64,000 bases of DNA from Eledone cirrhosa (Eukaryota), in NCBI GenBank assembly GCA_964016885.1, contig OZ024761.1:19034001-19098000 (forward strand). The letters are read 5' to 3'. Positions 1-12,071 of this stretch are shown in pieces. Numbering within the stretch: the first letter of the stretch is position 1; each line of letters begins with the position of its first letter. The position numbers were made by a program, and so were the translations under genes. Under the pieces are notes generated by a model that searched no databases, had not been told where the DNA came from, and was given only the letters and a program-made list of their open reading frames with translations.

Positions 1-146
1 ACAGTAAAAGGTATAGCTCAATGCAGTTAAACAGAGCCAAAAAATTAAGAGAGTAAAACAAAGAATCCTTTAATACATCAAAAGTTTTTAATACATCAAA
101 AGTTTTTATTAGCCGACAATATATATATAAATATATATATATATAA

Positions 147-237
<91 letters not shown>

Positions 238-382
238 TATATATATATATATAATTATATATATATATGTAATTTTATATATATAATTTTATATATTTAT
301 AAATATAAAATTATATTTATATTTATATATATATATATCACAGAAAAAAGAGAATCAGTGTTGCGACGAAAGGAATGTATTG

Positions 383-478
383 GACATATTACAAATGTTT
401 CTCGGGCGACCAGCTCGAGGCACGATCGATATGGTGATCACACCTGACTCTGAAATCAACACGGTCGTCAAATACGTC
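383..478 (-). ncRNA. Type I hammerhead-like motif with long stem II (family K), core UUGACGA
   Basis: Minus strand: GACGTAT-TTGACGA-(~63 nt)-GAAA-CATTTG-TA-ATATGTC. Stem I is 7 bp; the insert resembles that of 56856-56946. Confidence 0.55.
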
Positions 479-738
479 TCGATTCTACGAAGCACATTTT
501 CCTATAGTCCTTTAACATCGACTTTCTTCGTTTGTTGATTTAGATCCTGTTGTTGTCATTCTATGAGTGGTCGAGTATTGTACACGTCACTACTTTAAAA
601 CAAGAATTGTACATAGTCACTACTTTAAAAGAATAGCACAAGTTCTTCAAAATGCTTTTGCAAAATACACTGTATTCATATATATATCGCTATTTCAGAG
701 CACCAATTCTAATATATATATATAATATATATATACAC

Positions 739-800
<62 letters not shown>

Positions 801-1063
801 AAATATGGAGAAAAATACTGCAGGTAGCGCATGGATAACATGTAATAAAATGAGTCCCTCATCAGTGATTTGCCGACGATCATAGATATTTCATTGCATT
901 AAAAATCATATACCTCACGTCAGTGCAATAATAACTAAAATAAGTTATTAGGACAATAAGTTATTAGGACAAAATAAGTTATTAGGACAATTAAAACGCG
1001 TAAAGCGAGTGAGACAGGAGAACAACAAAGAGTATAGCTAACCGTATATATATATATATACAC

Positions 1064-1114
<51 letters not shown>

Positions 1115-1476
1115 TGAAGAATGGTGTGCTGCGTTGTTGCGAACATGAACATATGAATAAAAAGAGACAAGGAGTAAAATGTCCTCTTCAGTAGTCTGCT
1201 GATTATCGTTGGTATTTCCACGCATTAAAGACTAGATACCTAAAATCAGTGGGAGCGATAACTCAATTAAGTTATCGGGACAGTGGGAAAACAGAGGGAA
1301 GGAAACAAACACATGGTGGGATGCAACGTAAAGAGATGAAAATAGAGACAAGCCAATGAATCCTGTGGGCTTAAGCCCGACAAATCAAATTGGCGAGGAG
1401 AATTAGACACGTCCGAGCAGCGAGAAGATTGAGATAGGAAAGGAATTCAAGCAGGTCAGATGGGAGGGAGTATATA

Positions 1477-1735
1477 TCATCATCACCGTTTTACGTCCGT
1501 TCTTCCACGCTAGCATGGGTTAGACGGGTTGTCCTGTTGTGGGCAGTGTCTGGTCGGCTGACCATGCCTTGCTCATACAGGAACTGATCTGGCTTGATTT
1601 CTACAGCCGGATGCCCTTCCTAACACCAACCTCATTTACAGTGAGTGCTGGGTGCTTTTTCGTGGCGCCTACACGTCCACTTTACAGTGTGGGCTGGGTG
1701 CTTTTTTGCCGTGGCACCTCCACGACCACCTTGCG
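1477..1735 (-). mobile_element. SINE family S2, 3' part (RTE-related tail ending in (GAT)n)
   Basis: Contains ggatgcccttcctaacaccaacc and (CAT)n; reverse complement of the 3' half of 2229-2567. Confidence 0.75.
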
Positions 1736-2155
1736 GTGGGGGGAGTGGGGGCATATTGTTTATATGCTTCAGCATGTACCCATGGGAGGTCGGGTACCCT
1801 GTATTACTGCATGACGCCAGAAGTCACGGTCGTGTGTCATTGACTTTGAGAGGTGTAGTTGGGTAAGGTCGGCTTTTATCACCTCATCCCAAGTCATCTT
1901 GGGTCTCCCCACTCCGAATTATATATATATAATTCAAGAGATAAGAGTAACATGGTTGTCTGTACAATAAGGGTTACAATTCACAGTGCTGACAATCGTT
2001 TCTTTGATCTGGTAGGTCGAGAGTTCGCTAATCGCTAGATGTTGCGTCAATCGAACTCCAATACTTTGCTTATAACCAGTTAATCCATTCCACAACACGG
2101 AGTACTCTAACTGGACTACCTCTAAGTGGATTGCCTGTAACGATAACTTGTTATC

Positions 2156-2227
<72 letters not shown>

Positions 2228-2228
2228 C

Positions 2229-2563
2229 AGAGGTACATGGCTTAGTGGTTAGAGCATTGGCCTTGCAATCGAAAGGTTGCGAGTTCAATTCTCAGACCGG
2301 GTGATGTGTTGTTTCCTTGAGCAAGACACTTTATTTCACATTGCTCCAGTTTACTCAGCTGTAGAAATGAGATGATAGGGACTGGGGTCCCTATCATTCC
2401 ACTGCAAAGTGGTCGTGTAGGCGCCACGGCAAAAAAGCACCCAGCACTCACTGTAAATGAGGTTGGTGTTAGGAAGGGCATCCAGCTGTAGAAATCAAGC
2501 CAGAATCAGTTCCCGTCCCACCCTTGCAAGCAGGGAAAAGCGGACGTAAAATGATGATGATGA

Positions 2564-2567
<4 letters not shown>
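2229..2567 (+). mobile_element. Full-length tRNA-derived SINE (family S2) with CORE-like central box and (GAT)n tail
   Basis: A-box TGGCTTAGTGG, B-box-like GAGTTCAATTC, CCTTGAGCAAGACACTT box, GGTTGGTGTTAGGAAGGGCATCC motif, (GAT)n tail, (TA)n on both sides. Confidence 0.8.
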
Positions 2568-2621
<54 letters not shown>

Positions 2622-2928
2622 ATAATAATAAATTTGAAGACTAAAATCCAAAGAGGGCTTGATAAGGATAAATATATATCAAATATATAAGGCGAAAGCA
2701 GCGATTCTTTGCTTAAACTTTAATCTGTTATTTTAATATATATATATATATATAATTATAATTATATACACACATACACACATCCACACATACAAATCCA
2801 CACACACACACAGAAATATCTACAAACGTTTCCCTTCCAATGAATTGTTGACAAGTTTCGTATGACGTAAATCCTCTTCCGGTCTCTAATATTTTGTTAT
2901 TTTCCGTTTATTGTTGTTGGCTGTATAA

Positions 2929-2996
<68 letters not shown>

Positions 2997-3026
2997 ATAT
3001 ATTTATATATATATACATATAAATAT

Positions 3027-3152
<126 letters not shown>

Positions 3153-3176
3153 ATATATATATGTACATATATATAC

Positions 3177-3257
<81 letters not shown>

Positions 3258-3634
3258 CATATATACATATATACATATATACATATATACATACATATAT
3301 ATATATATACATATAAATATATATATATATACATATATATATATACATATATACATATATATATATATATAATTGGAAATTTAGTAAAATCGAATCTCTG
3401 GCGGTTTGCAAGTAAATTCGGCCTACTTATATGAAATGATGAGTTAGCAAAGCACTCGATAAGGTAGGGCCTTAGAGTAATAACATACATTTAAATAGCT
3501 TGACAAATCGAATATTGTGGTAGGCAAATCTAACACACAATACTATACCAAAGTAACGATAAGACTAATCAGGTTGAGAAAATATATATATTAATTCAAA
3601 ATATTAACAAAATAGATATTCTTGTGATCAAGTA

Positions 3635-3701
3635 TATTTTATTATACATATTTCAGAGGTACTGAGTTAAGTTCAACAGTACGTTCTCATCAGATAAAAT
3701 A
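3635..3701 (-). ncRNA. Minimal type I hammerhead ribozyme (family E)
   Basis: Minus: TATTTTAT-CTGATGA-gaacGTACTG..CAGTACctct-GAAA-TATGT-ATA-ATAAAATA; 8-bp stem I. Confidence 0.75.
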
Positions 3702-3842
3702 AGATGATACATGACATAGTACATTGTTAAGATTCAGTCATGGTAGTGAGTAATATATGACAAAACTCAATATGTATATACCTTAATATTGAGAACATGA
3801 GAAAAATATATAATACATACAATAGAGAGGGTGCATGTGAGA

Positions 3843-4030
3843 CATCTGTGGGAGCCCCTGCATAGACACACTGGAAGAGGAAGACCGAGGTTAACATATA
3901 TTGATGCCCTAAGGACAGACACTGGTCTCTTCGAGACGCAGGAAATAGCAGCGATAATGAGGAACAGAGACCGCTGGAGAGATCTCGTCCATGGATCTTG
4001 GGAATTTTACCCACCCTAGATAGATAGATA
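3843..4030 (+). mobile_element. RTE-clade LINE 3' end fragment
   Basis: Encodes LWEPLHRHTGRGRPRLTYIDAL...DRDRWR-like RTE C-terminus; paralog of 32871-33344; ends in (TAGA)n/(TA)n. Confidence 0.8.
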
Positions 4031-4093
4031 TATATATAAAAGTAGTAACACAAGAGTTAGTTCACCACTGGTCATGGTATAACCATGACCGGT

Positions 4094-4134
4094 CCGAGCT
4101 GAAGATCTGGATAAGGTGAAACAATTGTTCTCGG
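4094..4134 (+). ncRNA. Minimal type I hammerhead ribozyme (family A)
   Basis: CCGAG-CTGAAGA-tctggataaggt-GAAA-CAATTG-TT-CTCGG; perfect 5-bp stem I, palindromic stem III. A decayed minus copy lies near 61604-61644. Confidence 0.7.
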
Positions 4135-4208
4135 TATGGTGAACAAACTGTTGCGTTACTACTTCTACAAAACTCTACCACTACGGATATTACCTTCCAG
4201 TGTTCTAC

Positions 4209-4253
<45 letters not shown>

Positions 4254-4484
4254 AACAAGTAAGACCCCGACGGCTGAGCTCAAGCCGTTTCGACGGCTAA
4301 TTCTGGACTCAGTCTTACTTGTTCCTATTACCCACTCTACTACCCTAAGTATTGAGTACTTTGGTGCGTTATGGTCCACCTGGTTCCTTACCACATTTCC
4401 TTCGTTATATATATATATATATATACAGTCACTGTATATTTCAGAAAACATCATAGTTTCACTAGCTCAGACAGTTGGCAGGTG

Positions 4485-4545
4485 AACAGTAAACTGCACT
4501 GATGAAGGGTAATCACCCAGAAACATTATTGTCTGCAGTTCTGTT
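4485..4545 (+). ncRNA. Type I hammerhead ribozyme with canonical core (family O)
   Basis: AACTGCA-CTGATGA-a-GGGT-aatc-ACCC-a-GAAA-CA-ttat-TG-TC-TGCAGTT; GUC site at 4531-4533; stem I extended by AACAG/CTGTT. Confidence 0.85.
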
Positions 4546-4606
4546 TGCATGCCAAGATGAGATCGAGAATAGCTCATTCTACTGACATGGCTTATAAAAG
4601 AGGCTG

Positions 4607-4685
<79 letters not shown>

Positions 4686-4802
4686 ATGTATATATAATGT
4701 ATTTTGCAATACACTTTATGCTTAATTAAAAGCATTTTGAAGACCGTAAGCTATTGTTTTAAAGTAGTGACAAATTCACTTACTTTGATCTCAGCAAACA
4801 GG

Positions 4803-4863
4803 GGAGATAAGCCGACAAGGCCTTGTTTCGCTTTTGTTGAAGCTTATCAAGGCGAACTACTCC
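4803..4863 (-). ncRNA. Hammerhead ribozyme, U3-A8 core variant (family B)
   Basis: Minus: GGAG..GCC-TTGATAA-GCTT-caacaa-AAGC-GAAA-CAAGGCCTTG-TC-GGC..CTCC. Confidence 0.7.
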
Positions 4864-4926
4864 TTCCTGTCTACCGAGATCACTGATGTTATATTCTTAT
4901 AGAATTCTAGTAAATAATCAGTAGTT

Positions 4927-4971
4927 AGCCTTGATAAGCTTCAACAAAAGCGAAACAAGGCCTTGTCGGCT
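4927..4971 (+). ncRNA. Hammerhead ribozyme, U3-A8 core variant (family B)
   Basis: AGCC-TTGATAA-GCTT-caacaa-AAGC-GAAA-CAAGGCCTTG-TC-GGCT; GUC site; palindromic stem III. Confidence 0.7.
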
Positions 4972-5129
4972 TATCTCCCCTGTTTGCTGAGATCAAAGTA
5001 AGTGAATTTGTCACTACTTTAAAACAATAGCTTACGGTCTTCAGAATGCTTTTAATTAAGCATAAAGTGTATTGCAAAATACATTATATATACATCCATA
5101 TATATATTGCTATTTCAGAGCTCCAATTC

Positions 5130-5338
<209 letters not shown>

Positions 5339-5463
5339 ATAAATATATATGATTCCAGTTCCTCAGTGAAATAACAACCCAACCAGGAACTGGGCATATC
5401 AGAGTATTGACAATATTATACACCTCAACAACATATGTACTCGTCTCTACCACACCAATTCGG

Positions 5464-5518
5464 ACTGCCTGAAGAGGTCACAGCCAAAGATGGCTGTCAC
5501 TGAAATATATATAGCAGC
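5464..5518 (+). ncRNA. Minimal type I hammerhead ribozyme (family C)
   Basis: ACTGC-CTGAAGA-GGTCACAGCC-aaagat-GGCTGTCACT-GAAA-TATAT-ATA-GCAG, followed by AATAAA. Confidence 0.75.
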
Positions 5519-5559
5519 AATAAACGAAGCTAAATTTTAAACATTTGACTTTTCATTTA

Positions 5560-5624
<65 letters not shown>

Positions 5625-5767
5625 TCACTCCTATGATTTTTTCTATTTTCAACGGAAACTTCAATACATATATATATATATATATATAAGCTCCCGGAGC
5701 TTCCTACAGTAATGGTTGCATTCTTTAAGGGTATGTCAATATTTATTTATAAAACTGATCTATATTA

Positions 5768-5832
5768 TATTTTATCTGATGAAAGCACACCATAATTGAA
5801 CTTGGTGTCCTTGAAATATGTGTAATGAAATA
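5768..5832 (+). ncRNA. Minimal type I hammerhead ribozyme (family D)
   Basis: TATTTTAT-CTGATGA-AAGCACACCA..TGGTGTCCTT-GAAA-TATGT-GTA-ATGAAATA. Confidence 0.75.
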
Positions 5833-5871
5833 AATATGGTTTTATAAATATAGTTTCCATTTGTTAATATC

Positions 5872-5933
<62 letters not shown>

Positions 5934-5934
5934 C

Positions 5935-6366
5935 CCCCCGTCCCACCACCTCCACCCCATCCACACCGCCCCTTTCAAAAGTTATGTTGGTCCCACAACA
6001 TCCAGGCCGAAACAAATGAGATCGTGTAGGTGTCACAACAAAAAAACACACAGTCCACGCTGTAAATGTGGCCGTGTAGGCAACACGGTAAAAACCTCCC
6101 AGCTCCACACTGTAAATGTGGTTGGTGTTAGGAAGGGCATCCAGCTGTAGAAAACCCGCCAGACAGTCCACGCTGTAATGTGGCCGTGTAGGCAACACGG
6201 TAAAAACCTCCAGCCCCACACTGTAAATGTGGTTGGTGTTAGGAAGGGCATCCAACTGTAGAAAACCCGCCAGACAGTCCTATGCGAGCAAGACAACCAC
6301 TCTTGCCTCAAGTGGGAAAACCCCCGTCCAAACCCATGCAAGCGTGGAACCTGATGATGATGATGA

Positions 6367-6370
<4 letters not shown>
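5935..6370 (+). mobile_element. SINE family S2-related 3' part with internal ~111-bp duplication
   Basis: Two tandem copies of the block containing GTTGGTGTTAGGAAGGGCATCC; (GAT)n tail. Confidence 0.7.
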
Positions 6371-6405
<35 letters not shown>

Positions 6406-6810
6406 AAAGAATAGAGGTGTAACACACGAGTTATGATATATTGGTAAAAGGAAAAGAAAATGGTGACAAATTGTTCCCAGTGAAAAATAGTTTAATTAAG
6501 AATAAGTAAAAATTAGTAATAATATTGGTTAGTATTCAGTTTTGGTTTAAGTTTTTACCGGTTGCGCATTTCTAATGGTTTCAAAAATAATTTTGAGATA
6601 GAGCGGGCGCTCTATCTCTTACTTATTCTTAATTAAACTATTTTTCACTGGGAACAATTTGTCAGCATTTTCTTTTCCTTTTACCTATATATATATATAT
6701 ATATATATATTTCGTTTCTGAATTTGTTTGGCAAGATTCTTTGTCTGAAAACTTGTGTTGAAACCGATACTGTTATGCTTTGGGAGGGTCATGTTGCCAA
6801 TAATATATTG

Positions 6811-6829
<19 letters not shown>

Positions 6830-6847
<18 letters not shown>

Positions 6848-7310
6848 GCATACACACACATATATATATAGAGATATATAAATATATATATGTATATGCA
6901 TACACACACACATATATATAGAGAGATATATAGATATATATATGTATATGCATACACACACACATATATATAGAGAGATATATAGATATATATATGTATA
7001 TGCATACACACACACATATATATATAGAGATATAGAGATATATATATGTATATGCATACACACACACATATATATAGAGAGATATATAGATATATATATG
7101 TATATGCATACACACACACATATATATAGAGAGATATATAGATATATATATGTATATGTATACACACACACATATATAGAGAGATATATAGATATATATA
7201 TGCATATGCATACACACACACATATATATAGAGAGATATATAGATATATATATGTATATGCATACACACACACATATATATATATGTATATGCATACACG
7301 CACGCATGTA
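6830..7310. repeat. Higher-order minisatellite (~46-bp unit) built from TA/CA/GA dinucleotides
   Basis: Repeated tatgtatatgcatacacacacacatatatatagagagatatatagatatata-like unit. Confidence 0.85.
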
Positions 7311-7581
7311 TATATATATATATACATACATATATATATAATATATATACATACATATATAATATATATATATACATACATATATAATATATATATACAT
7401 ACGTATATAATATAATACATACATATAATGTATATATACATATATAATATACATATACATACATATATAATATATATACACATATACAGTATATACAATC
7501 GGGTATATATAACAACCAGGAAGAGAAAACTTAACTCTTTGGCTTTATCCAATAGATGGTAAGGTTATAACTGCAGGAAAC

Positions 7582-8620
7582 TGGTGGTGGTGGTGGTGGT
7601 GGTGGTGGTGGCGTCGTGTAGTGGTGGTGTGGTGTAGTGTTGGTAGTGTAGTGGTGGTGGTGTAGTGTAGTGTTGGTAGTGTAGTGGTAGTGTAGTGGTG
7701 GTGGTGGTGGTGGTGGTGGTGTAGTGTAGTGTTGGTAGTGTAGTGGTAGTGTAGTGGTGGTGTGGTGGTGGTGGTGGTGGTGGTGGTGGTGTAGTGTAGT
7801 GTTGGTAGTGTAGTGGTAGTGTAGTGGTGGTGTGGTGGTGGTGGTGGTGGTGGTGGTAGTGGTAGTGGTGGTGGTGTAGTGTAGTGTTGGTAGTGTAGTG
7901 GTAGTGTAGGGGTGGTGTGGTGGTGGTGGTGGTGGTGGTGGTGGTAGTGGTGTAGTGTAGTTGTGGTGGTGGTGGCGGTGGTGGTGGTGGTGTAGTGGTA
8001 GTGGTGTAGTGTTGTGGTGGTGGTGGTGTAGTGGTGGTGGTGGTGGTGGTGGTGGTGGTGGTGTAGTGGTAGTGGTGGTAGTGGTGGTGGTGGTGTAGTG
8101 GTGGTGTAGTGTAGTGTTGGTAGTGTAGTGGTGGTGTGGTGGTGGTGGTGGTGGTGGTGGTGTAGTGGTGGTGGTGGTGGTAGTGGTGTAGTGTAGTGGT
8201 GGTGTGGTGGTGGTGGTGGTGTAGTGGTGGTGTAGTGGTGGTGGTGTAGTGGTGGTGTGGTGGTGGTGGTGGTGGTGGTGGTGTAGTGGTGGTGGTGGTG
8301 TAGTGTAGTGTTGGTAGTGTAGTGGTAGTGTAGTGGTAGTGTAGTGGTGGTGGTGGTGGTGGTGGTGTAGTGGTGGTGGTGGTGGTAGTGGTGGTAGTGG
8401 TGGTGGTGGTGTAGTGGTGGTGGTGGTGGTGGCGGTGGTGGTGGCGGTGGTGGTAGTGGTGGTGTAGTGGTGGTGGTGGTGGTGATGTGTAGAGCTAGTG
8501 GTGGTATACTGGTGGTAGTGTAGTGGTGGTGGTGGTAGTGGTGGTGTGTAGAGCTAGTGGTGGTATACTGGTGGTGGTGTGGTGGTGGTGGTGGTGGTGG
8601 TAGTGGTGGTGATGGTGGTG
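7582..8620. repeat. Compound (GGT)n/(GTAGT)n microsatellite
   Basis: Direct reading. Confidence 0.95.
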
Positions 8621-8858
8621 TTGGGGCTGGTTGTGATGTAGGTCAGGGTTACCTTTGTTAAAGATACATGTCGTTTGCGGAAAAGAGTGACAATCCTCCT
8701 TCTACCGGAATGGTGTGTATATATATAGATATATGTGTGTGCGTGTGTGTGTGTGTATATATATATATTTATGTATACATATATATTTATATATAATATA
8801 TATATATATAGAGAGAGAGAGAGATTACAGTAATCAAAGTTCAGTTTAAGTCATTTAT

Positions 8859-8907
8859 TTGCTTACAATTGTTTCCTCCAAACCGAGGTTTGGATTCTTC
8901 GGAGCAA
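8859..8907 (-). ncRNA. Minimal hammerhead-like motif, C4 core (family M)
   Basis: Minus: TTGCT-CCGAAGA-a-TCCAAACC-tc-GGTTTGGA-g-GAAA-CAATTG-TA-AGCAA. Confidence 0.65.
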
Positions 8908-9477
8908 CTATTTATAACATACTTGACCTCCTTTTCAACCCAAGAGACACATAAAACATATGCGCATATTGATCAACAATGGGGTGACATTCATCAAATG
9001 AAACATCATGGCAATTTACATATAAAGTGTTACATGATAAAAATAAAATAAAATAAAAGCAAGAGTGAAAATAAAGATAAACATGAAGCGTTGGCAGTCT
9101 ATGAAGATAAAGCAAGAGGAAAGCTTAGAGTAGTCAGTGCATGAAGCAATCTCCCGTGTAGCATGCACGCTTGTCTTATCTATACATGATTAGAGTGCGT
9201 CAGAATGATATTTGCAGGGTCAGGCAGTTGAAGCAGGCAATCGATCTTATAATATAGGCTGAATTATTAAGTCATTAATTCTCATACATCTGTATGATAT
9301 ACAGTCTCGGATGCGGGGAAACACCAAAATATCAAAAACCTTCAACATACTATAAACCTTATTGTATCGTAGGCAAGGTCGTACCACTGTCCTTGCTCAC
9401 ACCACCACTCACATAATCCATGAGACGCAATATATATATAGAGAACACGCGTCTATCGTATAATTCGCAGTGGTTCA

Positions 9478-9601
<124 letters not shown>

Positions 9602-9640
9602 GATATTAACAAATGGAAACAATATTTATAAAACCATATT

Positions 9641-9705
9641 TATTTCATTATACATATTTCAAGGACACCAAGTTAAATTATGGTGTGCTTTCATCAGATA
9701 AAATA
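9641..9705 (-). ncRNA. Minimal type I hammerhead ribozyme (family D)
   Basis: Reverse-complement copy of the 5768 family; intact CTGATGA and GAAA, AUA site. Confidence 0.75.
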
Positions 9706-9908
9706 TAATATAGATCAGTTTTATAAATAAATATTGACATACCCTTAAAAAATGCAACCATTACTGTTGGAAGCTCCCGGATAGTGGAGTTGTAGCTTTA
9801 ATTATATTATTAGATAAGTTAGTATTGGATATTTTTAAATTGTTGAGTGCTTTATATCAGTTATAAAAATATTTGCTTGTTGTATCCCAACAATTTAAAT
9901 AGAACTTT

Positions 9909-9951
<43 letters not shown>

Positions 9952-10173
9952 TTATCATTTATTTTGTTTTGACCTGTTTAGCTTGATTTAGTTTTGGGCT
10001 TGGGTGGTTAATGCCTTCTTGACCACCTTTTCAGTTTTGTATGGCTTCTTAAGACATTGTTTAGCTCTGGTCTTTAACTATTGAGCACTTTGCCAGTATC
10101 ATTTCTGATTTTTGCGTTTCGCTTCGGTTTTTCCTGCCTGCCGAAAATGCGATTCTCGCTGAATCTTTATTTG

Positions 10174-10319
<146 letters not shown>

Positions 10320-10680
10320 CATATAAGAAAATGGGGGGGGGGGGGTAATAAAAAAAACAGATGTCCTACACGAGTGAAAATATAAGGGAAAGAAACCGGT
10401 AAAGGAAACAATTAAATATTTTTAAAAAGGCTCCAGTTGCATATTGGATTTCTTTTATATATATATATATATATATATAAAGTCTTTGCTGTAAACTCTT
10501 TTTACACAAAAAAAACAACATTGTACCGTCTTTATTGTCCTCTTAATGTAAGCCCTGTGTGGCTAATAAAAAAAAAAACCCATCATTATTCATTAGTTTG
10601 GCAGTATCGGTAGAGCGTCAGACACCATGCTTTGAAGCATAGAGTTATGACCGTTAATCCGTCTTCTCTTAACTATTCTT

Positions 10681-10708
10681 CCGGGCAAAGCCGGGTGACT
10701 CAGCTAGT
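10681..10708 (+). mobile_element. Helitron-like 3' terminus
   Basis: CCGGGCAAAGCCGGG hairpin, short spacer, then CTAG followed by T. Confidence 0.5.
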
Positions 10709-10720
10709 ATTATATAAAAA

Positions 10721-11182
10721 GGCGGTGGATTGGCAATATCGGTAGAGAGTCGGACGCCATGCTTTGCAGCATAGTTACGGCCCTTTATGGTCTGAGTTCA
10801 AATCCTGCCGAGATTAACTTTGCCTTTCATCCTTACGGGAGTCGATAAAATAAAGTACCAGTAATGCACTGGGTAATTGCTGGCCTTTTGCCTTTCATCC
10901 TTACGGGGGTCGATAAAATAAAGTACCAGTAATGCACTGGGTAATTGCTGGCCTTTTGCCTTTCATCCTTACGGGGGTCGATAAAATAAAGTACCAGTAA
11001 TACACTGGGTAATTGCTGGCCTTGTGCCTAACGTAGAAACAATTATTATTATTATTACTGATTGGCAGTATCGGTGGAGCACCGGACACTATTCTTCGCT
11101 GCATAGAGTTATGGCCCTTTGTGTTCTGAGTTCAAATCTCGCCGAGGTTAACTTTGCCTTTCATTTTTACGGGGCTCGATAA
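10721..11182 (+). mobile_element. tRNA-derived SINE family S1 (octopus-type) with triplicated 3' segment, plus a second truncated copy
   Basis: GGCGGTGGATTGGCA..GAGTTCAAATCC..GCCTTTCATCCTTACGGGGTCGATAAAATAAAGTACCAGT (x3)..AGAAACA(ATT)n; a second head starts near 11058. Confidence 0.85.
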
Positions 11183-11821
11183 ACCTATAGACTGGACTTG
11201 ATCTTTGCTGTTGGTGATCGAACTTTGCGGAGAAAAATATCTCATGTTGATGCGTAGTCTTCAACTGGCGGAGTTTAGCGTCAAATTAGTATGTTTGCCT
11301 TACATCAAGTATTTAGGGCCCAGAAATTGCAGGAGAGAGTTATCAATGATAATGTACTAATTTCGAATCCGTGATTATCTTCTTTTAACCCTTTCCCTGA
11401 GCCTCCTTTGCCGTAGGGATGCTTGCGCATTTTCACCGGGACTCCCCTGCGAGTGGTCGCACCTTAAAAATAAAACACAGGTGTGTACCACTGGATTCTT
11501 TGGGGATATACAACCAGAAACGATACCCAGATGTCTCTTCAAAAGTATAACCCATCCTTCTACAGTTTTCCATGACATATTGCTGTGAACAAGGTGTTTC
11601 AGTTCTGACAAATAGCAATATCAAAAACTAAAAAAGGGAAAGGCTCCTTTATGTTGATGAGGAGATAAGAGTTGGTTTATCTCCCCACTCCATACAAACG
11701 CACACATGTATATATCATGACTCATACACTGTTCACTTTCCTGACATTTATACATTATTTTATGTACTATACATGCACCTTTGATGAATTGTAGTGCACC
11801 TGAGCACTGTACACAGTAATT

Positions 11822-11856
<35 letters not shown>

Positions 11857-12071
11857 GACGAAAGTGGATGTACGTTTTTTGAAGCTCCGTGAGTAAGCAA
11901 TTTTTTGAGGATTAATTGTAGAGAATTGTTTATTTTTTGTACCGCTGAAGCATTATAAGACATTAATTTGTATCCTGTGAAGGAATAACTCATAATATTT
12001 GGGCCTTTTGGCCCAAATATTTGAACTTTATTTTGAAAAAAAAAAAAAAAATAATTTTTTTCTCAAAAAAC

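Larger units (their letters stand above)
4677..5105. repeat. Fold-back inverted repeat (~180-bp arms, ~60-bp spacer), PLE-type, in (TA)n
   Basis: 4677-4860 is the near-exact reverse complement of 4921-5105; each arm carries a hammerhead variant. Confidence 0.9.

Noticed and set aside
10721-10812. Functional tRNA gene in SINE heads
   Set aside because: Box-like motifs are present but there is no cloverleaf, and the heads continue into a dispersed SINE body.
11375-11624. Short minus-strand ORFs upstream of the Tx1 element
   Set aside because: No recognisable motif.
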